A DNA stretch of 64,000 nucleotides from Candidatus Latescibacterota bacterium (GTDB lineage Bacteria > Latescibacterota > UBA2968 > UBA8231), in NCBI GenBank assembly GCA_965197905.1, contig CBDAOB010000005.1, positions 1,792,001-1,856,000 of the forward strand, in the 5' to 3' direction. The position numbers and the translations under genes are program-made. The notes under the pieces are model-generated. The model ran no database searches, was not told where the DNA came from, and saw nothing but the letters and a program-made list of their open reading frames with translations. This document shows, piece after piece, positions 1 to 11,403 of the stretch (position 1 is the stretch's first letter; each line of letters begins with the position of its first letter).

Positions 1-1617
1 CAAACCCAGATTGTTCAACGTCTCCGGGTCACCGGGCGCAAGCCGTAACGCACGGTCGTACGAGCTCCTCGCAGCCTCTATGCCTCCGGCGCGATGATGG
101 GCCAGACCGGTGTTGGTGTGCGCCGCTAGGTGGAGCGAATCGATCGCAGTTGCCCGCCTCAGTACCGCCAACCCTTCAACGAATGCACCCTTGTTCACCA
201 ATAGACTGCCCAGATTGTTGTGCATTCCGGCAAGGTGAGGTTGTAGCTCAACTGCTTTTCGAAAGGCAGATTCCGCGCCGTCCAGATCTCCTCTCTCCTC
301 AAGAGCCAGACCTAGGTTGTTCCAGGTCTTTCCGTACCCCGGATTCAGGGCAACTGCGCGCCGGAGTGTTTCCACGGCAAGGGCCGGTTGACCTCGGTTG
401 AGTTGGGCCAGTCCAAGGTTGCTCCGAACCCGAAACATCCGGGGCGCTTTCCTGGCGGCATCACTCCACAGGGTGTATTCGTCGACCCATGACGTATTGC
501 GCTGCATCGAAAGCAACGACCACAACACTAGTAGAATCAACCCGGGGACCAGGAGTCGGGTGCGATGGCGCCTGGCGCATAACCACACCGTCCCCACGAC
601 GGCCAACAGCACGCCAACCGATGCCAGGTACAGTCTGTGCTCGCTCACCAGCACATTTAGGGGAAGAAAAAAGGTGGGAGCCATACAGGCGAAGAACCAG
701 GCGGACCCTATGGCTGCGGGCTCGCGAACTTTGAGTGAGCGGCAGGTAAGGAATCCGATGCTGCACAACATTATCAAGGCGGCAACCACCGCCGGGTCGC
801 CGAACCCAACGCTTTCCTCAAACGCATGTTCTACGCTCTGGCCGATCGGCACCAACAGCAGTTTTGCGTAGTAGACGAGCCCCTTTGTCTGGGTCGCCCA
901 TTGGGCGACCCACGGGCGAACCTCCTGAGCCAGGGATTTGGGCAGGAAATCGTTCATCCAGATGACACCGAGATACAGCACCGTCACCGACCAGAAAGGT
1001 AGGTGCCACAAGGTCGACTTGCCGGGGCTGATTTTCGGTCGTCGATAGAGCAGCAACAGCGGTAGGAGTGCGATTGCCGTCGACTTGGTGAGCAGGGCGA
1101 ACGCGTAGCTTGCAACCGACCACACGCGACGATATCCGTACGCCACCCCGCACATTGCCAATAGCACGCCGGCCGCGCTTAGTGAGACAGAACGGCTGCT
1201 GATGTAGTTGACCGCCTGGGTCTGAATCGGATGGACCGCAAACAAAACACCACCCCAAAAACCGACCCATTTGCCCTGCCAATTGGCAAGAATCAGAAAT
1301 GTCAGAATGGCGACGACACCGTGGATCGCGATGTTGGTGCCTAGGTATCCCCGCGGCTCGTACTCACCGGCCGCGTAATTGAAAGCGAACGAGCTGACCA
1401 GAACCGGTCGGTACATCGCCATGGTGGGCTCGCCCGAAAAGGTCTCTGGCTCCAGGAAGAAGCTTGGCAGGTTGGCCAGGCTGCGAATGTGGGGATTTTC
1501 GACAATGGAATGGCTGTCGTCGTAGTGAAACGAATTCTGGAAGCTGTTGGCGTAAACGGCGACGATCAGCGCCAAGATGGCCAGTGCGAGCACATCTTTT
1601 CGAGACGTGACGATCAT
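1..1617 (-). CDS. TMTC-like GT-C glycosyltransferase with TPRs, paralog 1 (3' end runs off the window; absent from the ORF track)
   Basis: Manual translation from ATG at 1617 (ATGA overlap with the paralog 2 stop) is open to base 1: NSFHYDDSHSIVENPHIR, MYRPV, HPIQTQAVNYISSRSV, TQTKGLVYY, PLNVLVSEHRLYL, then NNLG-type TPRs. Confidence 0.85.
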   Translation of the reverse strand, partial: MIVTSRKDVLALAILALIVAVYANSFQNSFHYDDSHSIVENPHIRSLANLPSFFLEPETFSGEPTMAMYRPVLVSSFAFNYAAGEYEPRGYLGTNIAIHGVVAILTFLILANWQGKWVGFWGGVLFAVHPIQTQAVNYISSRSVSLSAAGVLLAMCGVAYGYRRVWSVASYAFALLTKSTAIALLPLLLLYRRPKISPGKSTLWHLPFWSVTVLYLGVIWMNDFLPKSLAQEVRPWVAQWATQTKGLVYYAKLLLVPIGQSVEHAFEESVGFGDPAVVAALIMLCSIGFLTCRSLKVREPAAIGSAWFFACMAPTFFLPLNVLVSEHRLYLASVGVLLAVVGTVWLCARRHRTRLLVPGLILLVLWSLLSMQRNTSWVDEYTLWSDAARKAPRMFRVRSNLGLAQLNRGQPALAVETLRRAVALNPGYGKTWNNLGLALEERGDLDGAESAFRKAVELQPHLAGMHNNLGSLLVNKGAFVEGLAVLRRATAIDSLHLAAHTNTGLAHHRAGGIEAARSSYDRALRLAPGDPETLNNLGL

Positions 1618-3515
1618 CGAGCACTGCGCAGCAATCGCCTGGCCAACTCGACACCACGCTTGCTCTTCTCGTAAGCCGGGTTGATTTTCCAGGACTGCAT
1701 GAAAAAGCTCTCGGCCTGCTTGAAAAACTCTTGACCGTCCTCACCACTTCGCATCGCTTGCTGCCCCAAAGTGATGTAGAGATTGCCCAGATTGTTGAGC
1801 GCGTTGTAGGCACGCGGATTCAGCCCCACGGCTTTTCGGTAGGCCGCGTCGGCGTGTTCGAAGGCGCCGACGTTAAACAGGGCAAACCCCATGTTCCCAT
1901 ACGCCGCGGAATGATTCGGCAAAATCTTCAGCGCCTCGCCGTACTGTTCGATAGCCGTTGTCAGCAGCTCCTTTCGACGAATATCTCCGTCGGGCAATCC
2001 GAGCGCTCGCTGTTGGTAGGTGTTCCCCAGATTTACGAGGGCATCGGCGTACACCGGATTCAGCTCCAATGCCTTCCTGTAAGCCTCTTCCGCTTCCGCA
2101 TAGTTCCCCAGTTCGAAATTTACGCTGCCGAGATTGTTTAGAGACCGTATGGCCAGCACGTCGTCTGGCTTGACCTTGATCGCACGGCGGTAAGATGCGG
2201 CGGCCGCGCTCCAATGCCGTTTTGTGGCGACCGGGTCGAACGAGGTTCGGGCATCGTGGGTATGAGCGTTGCCCATATACAGGTGCACCCGGGGCATTTG
2301 AGGCGCCTTTGATACGGCGTCGGTCCAGAGAGTAAAATCGGTGCGCCAATCTTGATTGCGCAGGTAGGTTAGCGAGGTGAGAATCAGCAGCAGCACGGCG
2401 ACGGCAGCCATGCGTCCCTGGCGAAACCGGTGCCGGGATTCGATGGCTCGGTTGAAGAGCACCCCCAAAACGATGCAGAACGCGCCGCATGCGAGATAAA
2501 GTCGACGTTCATTCACCAGAACATTCAGCGGAATCACGCTGGCCGGCAAGAGGCTGACGACGCCCCAGAATCCAAGAAAGAACGGTAGCTTCCATCCCGC
2601 AGCTGCAAAGCGGTAAAGCAGAAACAACAGGCTGACCAGGAAGATGCCGGGCAAAATTACAGCGAGCTCGAACCCTGCATGGTGCTCGAAAAACTGGTGC
2701 TCCACGTTTAGCCCCCAGGGCCACAGGAGCAGTTTCGCGTAGTAAGCGATCGCTTTTGTTTGGGTGAATAGCTGCGTGTCGCCGTTCCTTACATGGTTGT
2801 CGAGCGAGCTGACCAGGAAACCGTTCAAGCGAATCAGGAGGAGATATCCCACGCCGGTTGCCCAAAAAATGAGGTGCCACGGGTAAAACCGATGGCGAAA
2901 AAATCGCTTCAGGTCGAACCCAGATACGAACGCAAGTTCATACGCCAGCAACACGGCGGGAAGGGTAATGACCGTGGATTTGCTGAGAAGCCCGAGTGCC
3001 AGGGCAGCCCACGATGCCAACATATACCTCAAACGCGACGCCGGCCCGGCGCGCACCAGAAAGCAGATCCCGGCGAGGTAGAACATTCCCGAAAAGCTTT
3101 CACTTCGACTGCTTATGTAGTTCACCGGCTCGGTAGCCAGCGGATAGATTGCGAAGAGAAGACCACATATGAAGCTGGCGCCGCTTCGCCCGTGCAACAA
3201 CATGCATAGCCAGGACAGCAAACAGGCGTTGACCGCGTGCAAGGCGATGTTGACAACGTGATACCCGTAAACCTCGTATTCGCCCCACGCGTAATTAAGG
3301 GCGTATGTGACCAGCAACAATGGACGGTACATGCCCTTATCGGCATCGACCGAAAACATCCCGGGAGTCGTAAAGAAGGACGGAATATTGGCGACGTCCC
3401 GCACATTGATGTTGTATTGGATGGAATGCTCGTCATCGTAGTGGAAACTGTTACTCAGGGTATTGGCAAACACCGCCGCACAAACGAGCAGGATAATCGC
3501 GCACTGCCTACTCAT
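1614..3515 (-). CDS. TMTC-like GT-C glycosyltransferase with TPRs, paralog 2
   Basis: FHYDDEHSI, MYRPLL, TEPVNYISSRSE, PLNVLVNERRLY, multiple hydrophobic helices, C-terminal TPRs; 633 aa. Confidence 0.85.
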   Translation of the reverse strand: MSRQCAIILLVCAAVFANTLSNSFHYDDEHSIQYNINVRDVANIPSFFTTPGMFSVDADKGMYRPLLLVTYALNYAWGEYEVYGYHVVNIALHAVNACLLSWLCMLLHGRSGASFICGLLFAIYPLATEPVNYISSRSESFSGMFYLAGICFLVRAGPASRLRYMLASWAALALGLLSKSTVITLPAVLLAYELAFVSGFDLKRFFRHRFYPWHLIFWATGVGYLLLIRLNGFLVSSLDNHVRNGDTQLFTQTKAIAYYAKLLLWPWGLNVEHQFFEHHAGFELAVILPGIFLVSLLFLLYRFAAAGWKLPFFLGFWGVVSLLPASVIPLNVLVNERRLYLACGAFCIVLGVLFNRAIESRHRFRQGRMAAVAVLLLILTSLTYLRNQDWRTDFTLWTDAVSKAPQMPRVHLYMGNAHTHDARTSFDPVATKRHWSAAAASYRRAIKVKPDDVLAIRSLNNLGSVNFELGNYAEAEEAYRKALELNPVYADALVNLGNTYQQRALGLPDGDIRRKELLTTAIEQYGEALKILPNHSAAYGNMGFALFNVGAFEHADAAYRKAVGLNPRAYNALNNLGNLYITLGQQAMRSGEDGQEFFKQAESFFMQSWKINPAYEKSKRGVELARRLLRSAR

Positions 3516-5496
3516 TATCGCCCGGTTCCGAGAGTCGCTGGAGTCTGGCCTTTGTGCGCCGGCTCATATCCGGGTCCTGGCTCAGAGACAACAAACGCCG
3601 GTAGGCCGCGGCGGCCTCGTTGTTCCTGCCGGCAGATTCCAACACATTAGCCAGCTGGAGGAATCCTAGTTCGAACGTCGGGAAATCTGCGACTAGCCGT
3701 TGATTCTGGTCGATGCTTTCGCTGTACCGTCGTTGCTGGAACAGCGCTACGGAGCGAAAGAACTGCGCCTCGGCCGTCGGCACATAACCTGCAAGAAGCG
3801 AAGCGCAAACGGACTCCACGTCGGCGTCGCTGCCCGTTTGTAGCAATTGTTGCGCAAGGCGGTTGAAGTTCTCCGCGGCATCTTTGCTTTCAGGATTGAC
3901 CGCAAGAGCGCGCCCGTAATAGAAAAGGGCGCTGTCGGTCCGGGATTCCTTTTCGTGGAGGGTGCCTAGGTTGTTGGCAACCAACTCGAAATGCACGCTG
4001 GTGTCCGTGATGGTCAGATAGACGCCGCGAGCACGCTCGCTGTGGCCGCTTCGTTGCAGAGCCCTGGCTAGATTGTAACGCACCTCCATCGCATCCTTCT
4101 TCTGGTGCAGGAGTCGTTCATATATAGCGATCGCCTGCTCCTGGTCTCCCATGGCATCGAAGACCGTGGCGAGGTTGTTCTGTGCCGCAGTGTGCTCGGG
4201 ATCGACTTCCAGGGCTTGCTCGAAGTACCCCACTGCCTCGGACATGCGCCCGGCATCTTTGGCATAATTTCCAAGATGCACGTACGCTACCGGTATGAGG
4301 GGGTGGGGTGATTTTCGCGCCGCGTCACTCCACAGGGTGTGTTCGTTTTCCCAAACATCGTTCCGCCGTACCACCAGCAGCCCAAGCAGAACGACCAGCA
4401 CAATCAGCGGCATCTGCAATCGTCGCAGCTGCCCCGGTGGAATTGAGCTGCCGATGATGATCAGCCCAATCAATGGCAGATAGAGACGGTGATCATTTAC
4501 GAGGACGTACAGCGGTACCACGGACGCCGGCGCCAGAGTGATCGCAAACCAGAGGAGTCCGAACAGCCGAATGCCCCTGCGCTCTCCGGGAGATGAAACG
4601 GCAACGGCAAAACTCAGAAGCAGCAGCAAGAACAGAAGGATGACTGGCCCTATCCCCGACTCGAAGAACTGGTGATGCACGTTCAAACCGATGGGAAAGC
4701 AGAGCAGCTTGGCGTAGTAGACCCAGGCTTTTATCTGGGTTCCCAGTTGCACATCCCAGGAGCGAACAGGGGCGTCCAGAACCGCCTTGCGAAGAAAGGA
4801 ACTCACGAGGGCAAGATAGAGGACGGAACAGAAGCCGTAGGGCAGATATCGTTGCCAGGTCCTCGCGATCGATCTGCCGGTCGTGAGATCGCGAACGAGA
4901 ATTAATGCGGGCAGGGCGATTCCCACCGATTTGGCGAGTAGTCCGAGAACAAAACAGCTTACAGAGCCAATGTAGGCGGTCCTCCCTGAAGCCCACGAGC
5001 GCTCGTACAACCAGAAGCTGGCTACCACGAACAAACCGGCCATTAGCTCCGAACGGCTGCTGATGTAGTTGACAGGCTCCGTTCCGATGGGATGCAAAGC
5101 GAACAATAGCGCTCCGAAGAAACAAAACGATCCGTTCACGTTCATCGACCCCAGAAGACACCATACGAGAAGGCTCGTGGCCGCATGCATGAGGATATTG
5201 ACGACATGATAGGAGTATACCTGGCGCTCACTCCAGACATAGTTGAGCGCAAATGAGGTGAGTAACAGGGGTCGATACATTCCCTTGTCAGCGTCCCTCG
5301 AGAAGAAGGCGGGATCGGTAAAAAAGGAAGGGATGAGGGATACATCCTCGATATGAGGGTTTTCCACTAGAACGTGGAGATCGTCATAGTGGAAGGAATT
5401 ATCGATGGAGTTTACGTAGACGAGCACGACGAATCCCGCAACCAAGCCGGGTGCCAGAAAGCGGCGGCTCTGTATGGCCTTGAGATCGTTACTCAT
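3508..5496 (-). CDS. TMTC-like GT-C glycosyltransferase with TPRs, paralog 3
   Basis: FHYDDLHVL, MYRPLL, HPIGTEPVNYISSRSE, VNDHRLY, TPRs; 662 aa; stop overlaps the paralog 2 start by 8 nt. Confidence 0.85.
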   Translation of the reverse strand: MSNDLKAIQSRRFLAPGLVAGFVVLVYVNSIDNSFHYDDLHVLVENPHIEDVSLIPSFFTDPAFFSRDADKGMYRPLLLTSFALNYVWSERQVYSYHVVNILMHAATSLLVWCLLGSMNVNGSFCFFGALLFALHPIGTEPVNYISSRSELMAGLFVVASFWLYERSWASGRTAYIGSVSCFVLGLLAKSVGIALPALILVRDLTTGRSIARTWQRYLPYGFCSVLYLALVSSFLRKAVLDAPVRSWDVQLGTQIKAWVYYAKLLCFPIGLNVHHQFFESGIGPVILLFLLLLLSFAVAVSSPGERRGIRLFGLLWFAITLAPASVVPLYVLVNDHRLYLPLIGLIIIGSSIPPGQLRRLQMPLIVLVVLLGLLVVRRNDVWENEHTLWSDAARKSPHPLIPVAYVHLGNYAKDAGRMSEAVGYFEQALEVDPEHTAAQNNLATVFDAMGDQEQAIAIYERLLHQKKDAMEVRYNLARALQRSGHSERARGVYLTITDTSVHFELVANNLGTLHEKESRTDSALFYYGRALAVNPESKDAAENFNRLAQQLLQTGSDADVESVCASLLAGYVPTAEAQFFRSVALFQQRRYSESIDQNQRLVADFPTFELGFLQLANVLESAGRNNEAAAAYRRLLSLSQDPDMSRRTKARLQRLSEPGDNE

Positions 5497-7387
5497 TCAG
5501 ATAGCGATCGATCTTGGATAAACGGTTCCGGACCTTTCGATAGCCCGGATTGGAATCTTCTAGCTGGCGGTAGAGCGCTCCGGCCTCCAGCAGCGGCGCA
5601 CGGCCGCTATGCTTATCTGCTCTCTCTGCCGAAGCCAGCAGAACCTCGGCCAGACTGTAGATGTAGATGGCCTCGCCGCCATTGAGCGCTACAGCCTCTC
5701 TGTAGGCGGTTCGGGCGGACTCAAGGTCTCCCAAACGCACCTGCACATTGCCCAGCCGGAAATGCGCCTCAGCGTCGTCTGGGACGAGGTTGATCGACCT
5801 CTGATACATCTCCGACGCCTCCGTGAACCTCCTACGGGCGGTGAGAGAAGCCGCCAGGTTGTAGTACGCTTCAGGAAAGTTTGGATAGAGTTGGATCGTT
5901 TTGCGATAGTAGGCAATGGCACGCTCGTGGTCTTTGGCCGCAGCGTAGATATTGCCCAGGCTGTTTAGTGCTTCCCGATACTCCGGATCAAGCTCCACCA
6001 CCTTTTCGTATTCAGCCGCCGCCGCCTGGAAGTACTGCTGGGCGTGGTTGCTGTCCGGGGCGCTCATCGCCTCTTCGTAGAGGATGTTGGCCAGGTTCGT
6101 GCGTGCCGCTCGGTGTCTGACATCCAGTTCCAATGCACGCCGATACCTCTGCTGCGCCGCGTCCCGCTTTCCTTCCAGGCGCAACGCGTTTCCCAATTCT
6201 ACATGGGCGCGCGGCATCAGAGGACTGCCCTTGGCTGCTGCTGTCCACAGGCTCACCTCGTCTGCCCAAGCGTTGTTCCGTTGGAAAGCCAGGATGAGAA
6301 AGGCCGGTAAAAGCAGATAACAAATTGCCTTGGCGGGTGCTCTGATCTGTTCGAATAAACGTGCGAAAAGGACGGCCAGAGCGACCATGGGGAGATACAA
6401 TCGATGCTCGTTGACCAGAACGTTCAACGGAACTACCAATGTGGGCGCGAGGCAAATCGGTATCCAACCCATCCAAAAGAGATTCTCCTTGGATGAAAGT
6501 CGACCCGCCAGAACCGCGAGCGACCCGAGAAACAGAAGACTCGCCACAACCGCCCCTTCCCATGGAACGTGGGACTCGAAAAACTGATGTTCCACGTTGA
6601 GTGCCACTGGCATCGACACGAGATCGACGTATTTGACGAGTGCTTTGATCTGCGTCCAAAGCTGCACGTCCAGAGCCCGAACGGGTTGTTTCAGAGAACT
6701 GCTCAGAAATCCAACTTTCCAAATGAGGATCAGATAGACTGCTGCAACACCCCAAAACCTCGCATCTCGTCGGAGTTGCCTCGCCAGGGACGCGGACTCC
6801 ACGCAGATGCCATACAAGAGCGAGATCCCCAGAAAAACCATCACAATCGATTTGGAGAGAAGGCCCAACGCGAAACAAAACAGGGCCACCCACTCCGATC
6901 CGGTTGTCTGCTGCAGCCTAAATCTGAAAGCACCGAGCAAGAAGAGCGCTGCAAGGGATTCTGAGCGGCTGCTGACGTAGTTTACCGGTTCGGTGGCAAG
7001 GGGGTGCAGAGCAAACAGGAGACTGCTGACCAGCGCGGTCCGGGTCGAAAAGCCGATCTTGAGAAGAATGCTCCAAACCAGAAGGCTGCAAGCAAGGTGT
7101 AGCACTAAGTTTGTGCTATGGAAGACCAGCGTTGAATACCCACTCCAATAGTAATCCAGCGCGTAGGTAGCCAGGAGCAACGGCCGGTACATCCCCTTCT
7201 GTGGATCGGAGGAAAACGGGCTGAGGCTGGTAAAGTATCCGGGGATGCCGTCCAGATGGCGGATATGTGGGTTTGCGACGATTGAATGAACATCGTCGTA
7301 GTGGAATCCGCCTTGCAGGGAGTTCCCATAGACCAGTGCCACTGCCAACAATAAGATCGCCGGAGCGGAGAATCGGATCGAGTTCAA
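5489..7387 (-). CDS. TMTC-like GT-C glycosyltransferase with TPRs, paralog 4
   Basis: FHYDDVHSI, MYRPLL, TEPVNYVSSRSE, PLNVLVNEHRLY, TPRs; 632 aa; TTG start overlapping the upstream stop. Confidence 0.85.
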   Translation of the reverse strand: MNSIRFSAPAILLLAVALVYGNSLQGGFHYDDVHSIVANPHIRHLDGIPGYFTSLSPFSSDPQKGMYRPLLLATYALDYYWSGYSTLVFHSTNLVLHLACSLLVWSILLKIGFSTRTALVSSLLFALHPLATEPVNYVSSRSESLAALFLLGAFRFRLQQTTGSEWVALFCFALGLLSKSIVMVFLGISLLYGICVESASLARQLRRDARFWGVAAVYLILIWKVGFLSSSLKQPVRALDVQLWTQIKALVKYVDLVSMPVALNVEHQFFESHVPWEGAVVASLLFLGSLAVLAGRLSSKENLFWMGWIPICLAPTLVVPLNVLVNEHRLYLPMVALAVLFARLFEQIRAPAKAICYLLLPAFLILAFQRNNAWADEVSLWTAAAKGSPLMPRAHVELGNALRLEGKRDAAQQRYRRALELDVRHRAARTNLANILYEEAMSAPDSNHAQQYFQAAAAEYEKVVELDPEYREALNSLGNIYAAAKDHERAIAYYRKTIQLYPNFPEAYYNLAASLTARRRFTEASEMYQRSINLVPDDAEAHFRLGNVQVRLGDLESARTAYREAVALNGGEAIYIYSLAEVLLASAERADKHSGRAPLLEAGALYRQLEDSNPGYRKVRNRLSKIDRYLNE

Positions 7388-9558
7388 TGTTTGCCTAATT
7401 CAGCGATACGATGCTCGACATGTCGCCGACGATCGTCCCTCCCATCCCAAATCCTTAGAAATGCTTGATAAACCTCCACTGCTTCGGTCGTCGAACCGGT
7501 TTTGTCAAGGCTCATAGCCAGCCCGAAGAGTGCCCTCTCATATTGCGGGCGTATCTCCAACGCCCTCCGAAACTGTCCGATCGCGTATTCGAGCTCCGCG
7601 TTGTCAGCATGAAGCTCGCCGAGTGCGGCGTGCGGCCTGGCATCGGTTGCGTCCAGCTCGGTTGCGCGTACAAAGGCGGCTTGGGCGCCATCCATCTTCT
7701 TTTGTTTCCGGAACGCTCGACCCAGGTGGTAATAATGCGCCGCGGACCCACGCCCCTGGGCGATCGCACTTTGCAAGACACTCGCTGCCGTGGAAACGTG
7801 GCTCAGCTGGAGGTGGGTGGTGGCGATGTTGATCTCTACTTCTCCTAGTTCCCTGGGCGATCTGGCAATCGCCTGCTGGTAACGCTCCAGAGCAAGCTCA
7901 TGTTTTCCTTGGGCGGACAGCACGTTGCCTAAATTGTTGTAGGGCTCTGCGAGTTTCGGGGCTAGCTCAATCGCTTTCGCGTACGCGCTTGCGGCTTCGT
8001 CGAATCTCTTCTCCTCCATGAGAATTAAGCCGTAGTTGCTCCAAGTGCTACCCTTGGCCCCATCTATACTAAGAGCCTTCTCGAACATTTGTGCCGCCGT
8101 GTCGATTTCACCCATCTTGAAATGAGCATCCCCGAGGTTGACATAGATTTCGTCGTAGTTGGGATACCAGCGCAGCGCCTCGTGGTACCACCGAATCGCC
8201 TCATTCAGATCGCCATTCTCGTGGTACAACGTCGCGACATTGTTGTAGGCATCGCCGTGGCGTGGATCGATTTCGATCGCTTTGCGGTACGCATCCAATG
8301 CTTCATCGTCCCGCCCATCCATCTGCAGAGCTCTTCCGTAGTTGGCGTGCGCCCTGCGCATCGTCGGCGCTTTCTCGACTGCATCTCCCCACAAGGTCAG
8401 CTCGTTCGCCCATATGCGGTTCCGCGCCGCCGTCTGCAACGCCAGCAGTACCAACAGGGCGACCGCTATCGGTTTCTGCACCCGGCGCAGTGCGTACGCG
8501 AAAATCCATGCTGATCCTGCAACTACCAGGTAGAGACGTCGCTCGTTGACCAGCATGTTAAGCGGCATGACCGAGGCGGGTAACAAGACGACGAGATTCC
8601 ACAGTATGAAGAAGCTCAAGGGGGGACGGCGCCCCCATTTCAAAGCCAGTAGGACCAATCCGACCACGAGGAAAAAACCGAGAATCACCACGGCTTCCTG
8701 CCAACTGTTCGACGCCCGGAACTGATGCTCCACGTTGAGTCTGTTGGGGACAAAGAGCAACTGCAGGTAGTACGGGATCGCTTTCAGCTGGGTCCACACC
8801 TGAGTATCTACGGATCGAACCGGAGCCCCAAGTGATTTGGGTAAGAATCCGGAGAGCCACAAGACAGACGTATATAAACCCAGCCCGATCCAATAGGGAG
8901 CGTGCAGCCCAATGAACGGGCGCCAGACGAATCTCGCCGAGTTGAGCCGCCGTTGCGACAGGTCAAAGACGAGTAGAACCGCTGGCAGAGTCGCGACCGT
9001 CGCCTTGGTCAGCAAGCCCAGCGTGCATGCGATCACCGCCTTCCAGCATCCGCCCACTCTGCCGCTGTCGCGATGGATGGCGAAATAGTAGAAGGAACCC
9101 AGATAGCAAAGGGCCGCCAGGCTTTCGCTGCGGCTGCTGACGTAGTTGACCGGCTCTGTACAGATGGGATGTACGGCGAAAAGGAGCCCGCAAAGCAGGC
9201 CTGCCGATCCTCCGATCAACAGACTCCCTATCCGGGCAACGAAGATCGAGCAACCCAGATGAATCAGCAGATTCACCAGGAGATATCCCCATACCTCGTA
9301 TTCCCCTGCCGCGTAGTTCAGGGCGAAAGTCGCCAACAAGACCGGTCGATACATCCCCTTTTCCCGGTCGGTGGAAAACAGCTCCATGTCGGTGAAATAT
9401 GCGGGAATATTTGCCAGGCTGCGGACAGCCGAATTCTCCACTATGGAGTGAAAATCGTCGTAGTGGAATGAACCACTCAAAGAATTGGTGTAGCAGGCAA
9501 AACACGTGAGAGCGATCGCGATGATCTGCCTGGATTCCCCGCCTGCCCTCAATCTCAC
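7384..9558 (-). CDS. TMTC-like GT-C glycosyltransferase with long TPR array, paralog 5
   Basis: FHYDDFHSI, MYRPV, TEPVNYVSSRSE, PLNMLVNERRLY; longest TPR tail; 724 aa. Confidence 0.85.
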   Translation of the reverse strand: MRLRAGGESRQIIAIALTCFACYTNSLSGSFHYDDFHSIVENSAVRSLANIPAYFTDMELFSTDREKGMYRPVLLATFALNYAAGEYEVWGYLLVNLLIHLGCSIFVARIGSLLIGGSAGLLCGLLFAVHPICTEPVNYVSSRSESLAALCYLGSFYYFAIHRDSGRVGGCWKAVIACTLGLLTKATVATLPAVLLVFDLSQRRLNSARFVWRPFIGLHAPYWIGLGLYTSVLWLSGFLPKSLGAPVRSVDTQVWTQLKAIPYYLQLLFVPNRLNVEHQFRASNSWQEAVVILGFFLVVGLVLLALKWGRRPPLSFFILWNLVVLLPASVMPLNMLVNERRLYLVVAGSAWIFAYALRRVQKPIAVALLVLLALQTAARNRIWANELTLWGDAVEKAPTMRRAHANYGRALQMDGRDDEALDAYRKAIEIDPRHGDAYNNVATLYHENGDLNEAIRWYHEALRWYPNYDEIYVNLGDAHFKMGEIDTAAQMFEKALSIDGAKGSTWSNYGLILMEEKRFDEAASAYAKAIELAPKLAEPYNNLGNVLSAQGKHELALERYQQAIARSPRELGEVEINIATTHLQLSHVSTAASVLQSAIAQGRGSAAHYYHLGRAFRKQKKMDGAQAAFVRATELDATDARPHAALGELHADNAELEYAIGQFRRALEIRPQYERALFGLAMSLDKTGSTTEAVEVYQAFLRIWDGRDDRRRHVEHRIAELGKH

Positions 9559-9559
9559 T

Positions 9560-11403
9560 TTACCTCTGCGCGGATGGTTTACTCGTTGGTTTTATCGCCG
9601 CAGCTCGCTTGAGTGCGTTCCTGGCATCATCCCTCCGACCGAGTCGGGCGTACAGCCCACCCATATTCAACCAGGCCTCCGCGTACTGCGGATCGAGGCT
9701 TACGGCCTCGGCGTACGCCGCTTCTGCGTTATCGTGGGATTGCATCATCTGGTGTGCGTTCCCTGCGTTGAGCCAACTGCGCGGGTCGGAGGGTTCCACC
9801 TCGATAGCCTTCATATGATGGATCAATGCTTCGTTCGGTTGGTTCAACAACTGGTAGAGATTCCCAGATTGTTCCGTAGGCCACCATCTTCGGGGTCGAG
9901 TTCAACGGCTCTGAGATAGGCATCGCGGCTTGCGTGAAAGTCCCGACTTCGCCGGTGCTGCTCGCCCAACGCTTCCCATAGATCGGCATTCTCAGGAATC
10001 GCCGCCACTCCCCTTCTCAATACCCCAACGGCAGCTCTCTCATTGCCGTGGGCCCGATGCAGCACGGCGAGACGGATATAGGCCGGCCCAAATCCAGGAT
10101 CTCGTATCAATACCGTCTCGAACTCCTTCATGGCCCTTGCGAGATTTCCATCCTCGAAATGTGCATCACCTAAGAAGATGTGAGGCCGTGCCATTAGCGG
10201 CGCTTTAGAGGCGGCATCCTCCCATAGGTCATAGGCGCTTCCCCACACCGTGTTCCGCTGTGTCGTAGCAACCCCGAGCAGTCCGATCAAGACCACAGGT
10301 ATCATGCCCCGTATTCGACGCCGCCCGTGGGACGACCCAAACCGCTTCAACGTCAACCCGGCTACGAGCGCGAAAGAAACCGAGGGAAGGTATAGCCGGT
10401 GTTCGTTAACGAGAACGTTTAAAGGGATCAACGAGGATGGCGCCAGTACGATCAGGAACCAGGCTATACTAAACAGATATATCGGTTTGGAACGGGCAGC
10501 ACCAAAGGCCACAAAAAGGAGAGACAAGACAAACAAACCAGCGGGACCCGAGATCGGGTCAAACGGAGTATCCGATATGAGGAATTGGTGATCGATAGTC
10601 AGTCCGGTGGGAACAGCCAGCAACTTCAGATAGAATACCAACGCCTTTATCTGCGTAGAGATCTGCTCTGGAAGCGAGCGCACCGGAGCCCCAAGACTTG
10701 CTTTGTGCAGGAAGCTCCACACGATCCACAGATAGCCTGCAGCGAGAACAGCCAGAGCCGCATAGAGGGCCGTCCTACCCTCCCGTCCCGTCCTGCAGCG
10801 GATCAATAGATCGCGAGTCCACAGAACCGCTGGCAATACAAACACGATCGATTTACTCAGTAGGCCGGCGGCGAAGGCGCCCCACACACTTGGGTATCTA
10901 TAGGCGCCGCCTTCCCTGATAGTGGCAAGGTGAAACGCCAACAGAAAAAACAATGCGGCGAGGATCTCAGATCGACTGCTGATGTAGTTGACCGCCTCGG
11001 AGTTCACCGGATGTACGCCGAAAAGAAGGGCACCAATCAACGCCGGCTTGGTTTCGTTCAACAGCGCCCGCCCCAATACAAAGACCAACAGTCCACATAG
11101 ACCGTGAATAACCACGTTGACGAGGTGATAGCTCCACGTCTTCCTGCCGCTGATTGCGTAGTTGAAAGCAAACGTCGAAAGTAGCAACGGGCGGTACATC
11201 GCACTCTCCGGAATCTCCGAAAATAGCGTCGGATCGGAAAAGAATTGGGGAACGTTAGCCAACGAGCGAATGTGTGGATTGTCTGCTATGGAGTGAAAGT
11301 CATCGTACTGGAACGGATTCGACAGCGAGTTCGAGTACACCAGGACCGGCGCGAGGAACACGAGCAAGATTTTCCAACGTTCTACGCTAGACAAGCTACT
11401 CAT
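9560..11403 (-). CDS. TMTC-like GT-C glycosyltransferase with TPRs, paralog 6 (1-nt frameshift near 9861-9865)
   Basis: ORF 9844-11403 has FQYDDFHSI, MYRPLL, SEAVNYISSRSE. Adding one base to CTGGGAATC restores the TPR NNLGNLYQLLNQPNEAL and joins ORF 9560-9850. Confidence 0.8.
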
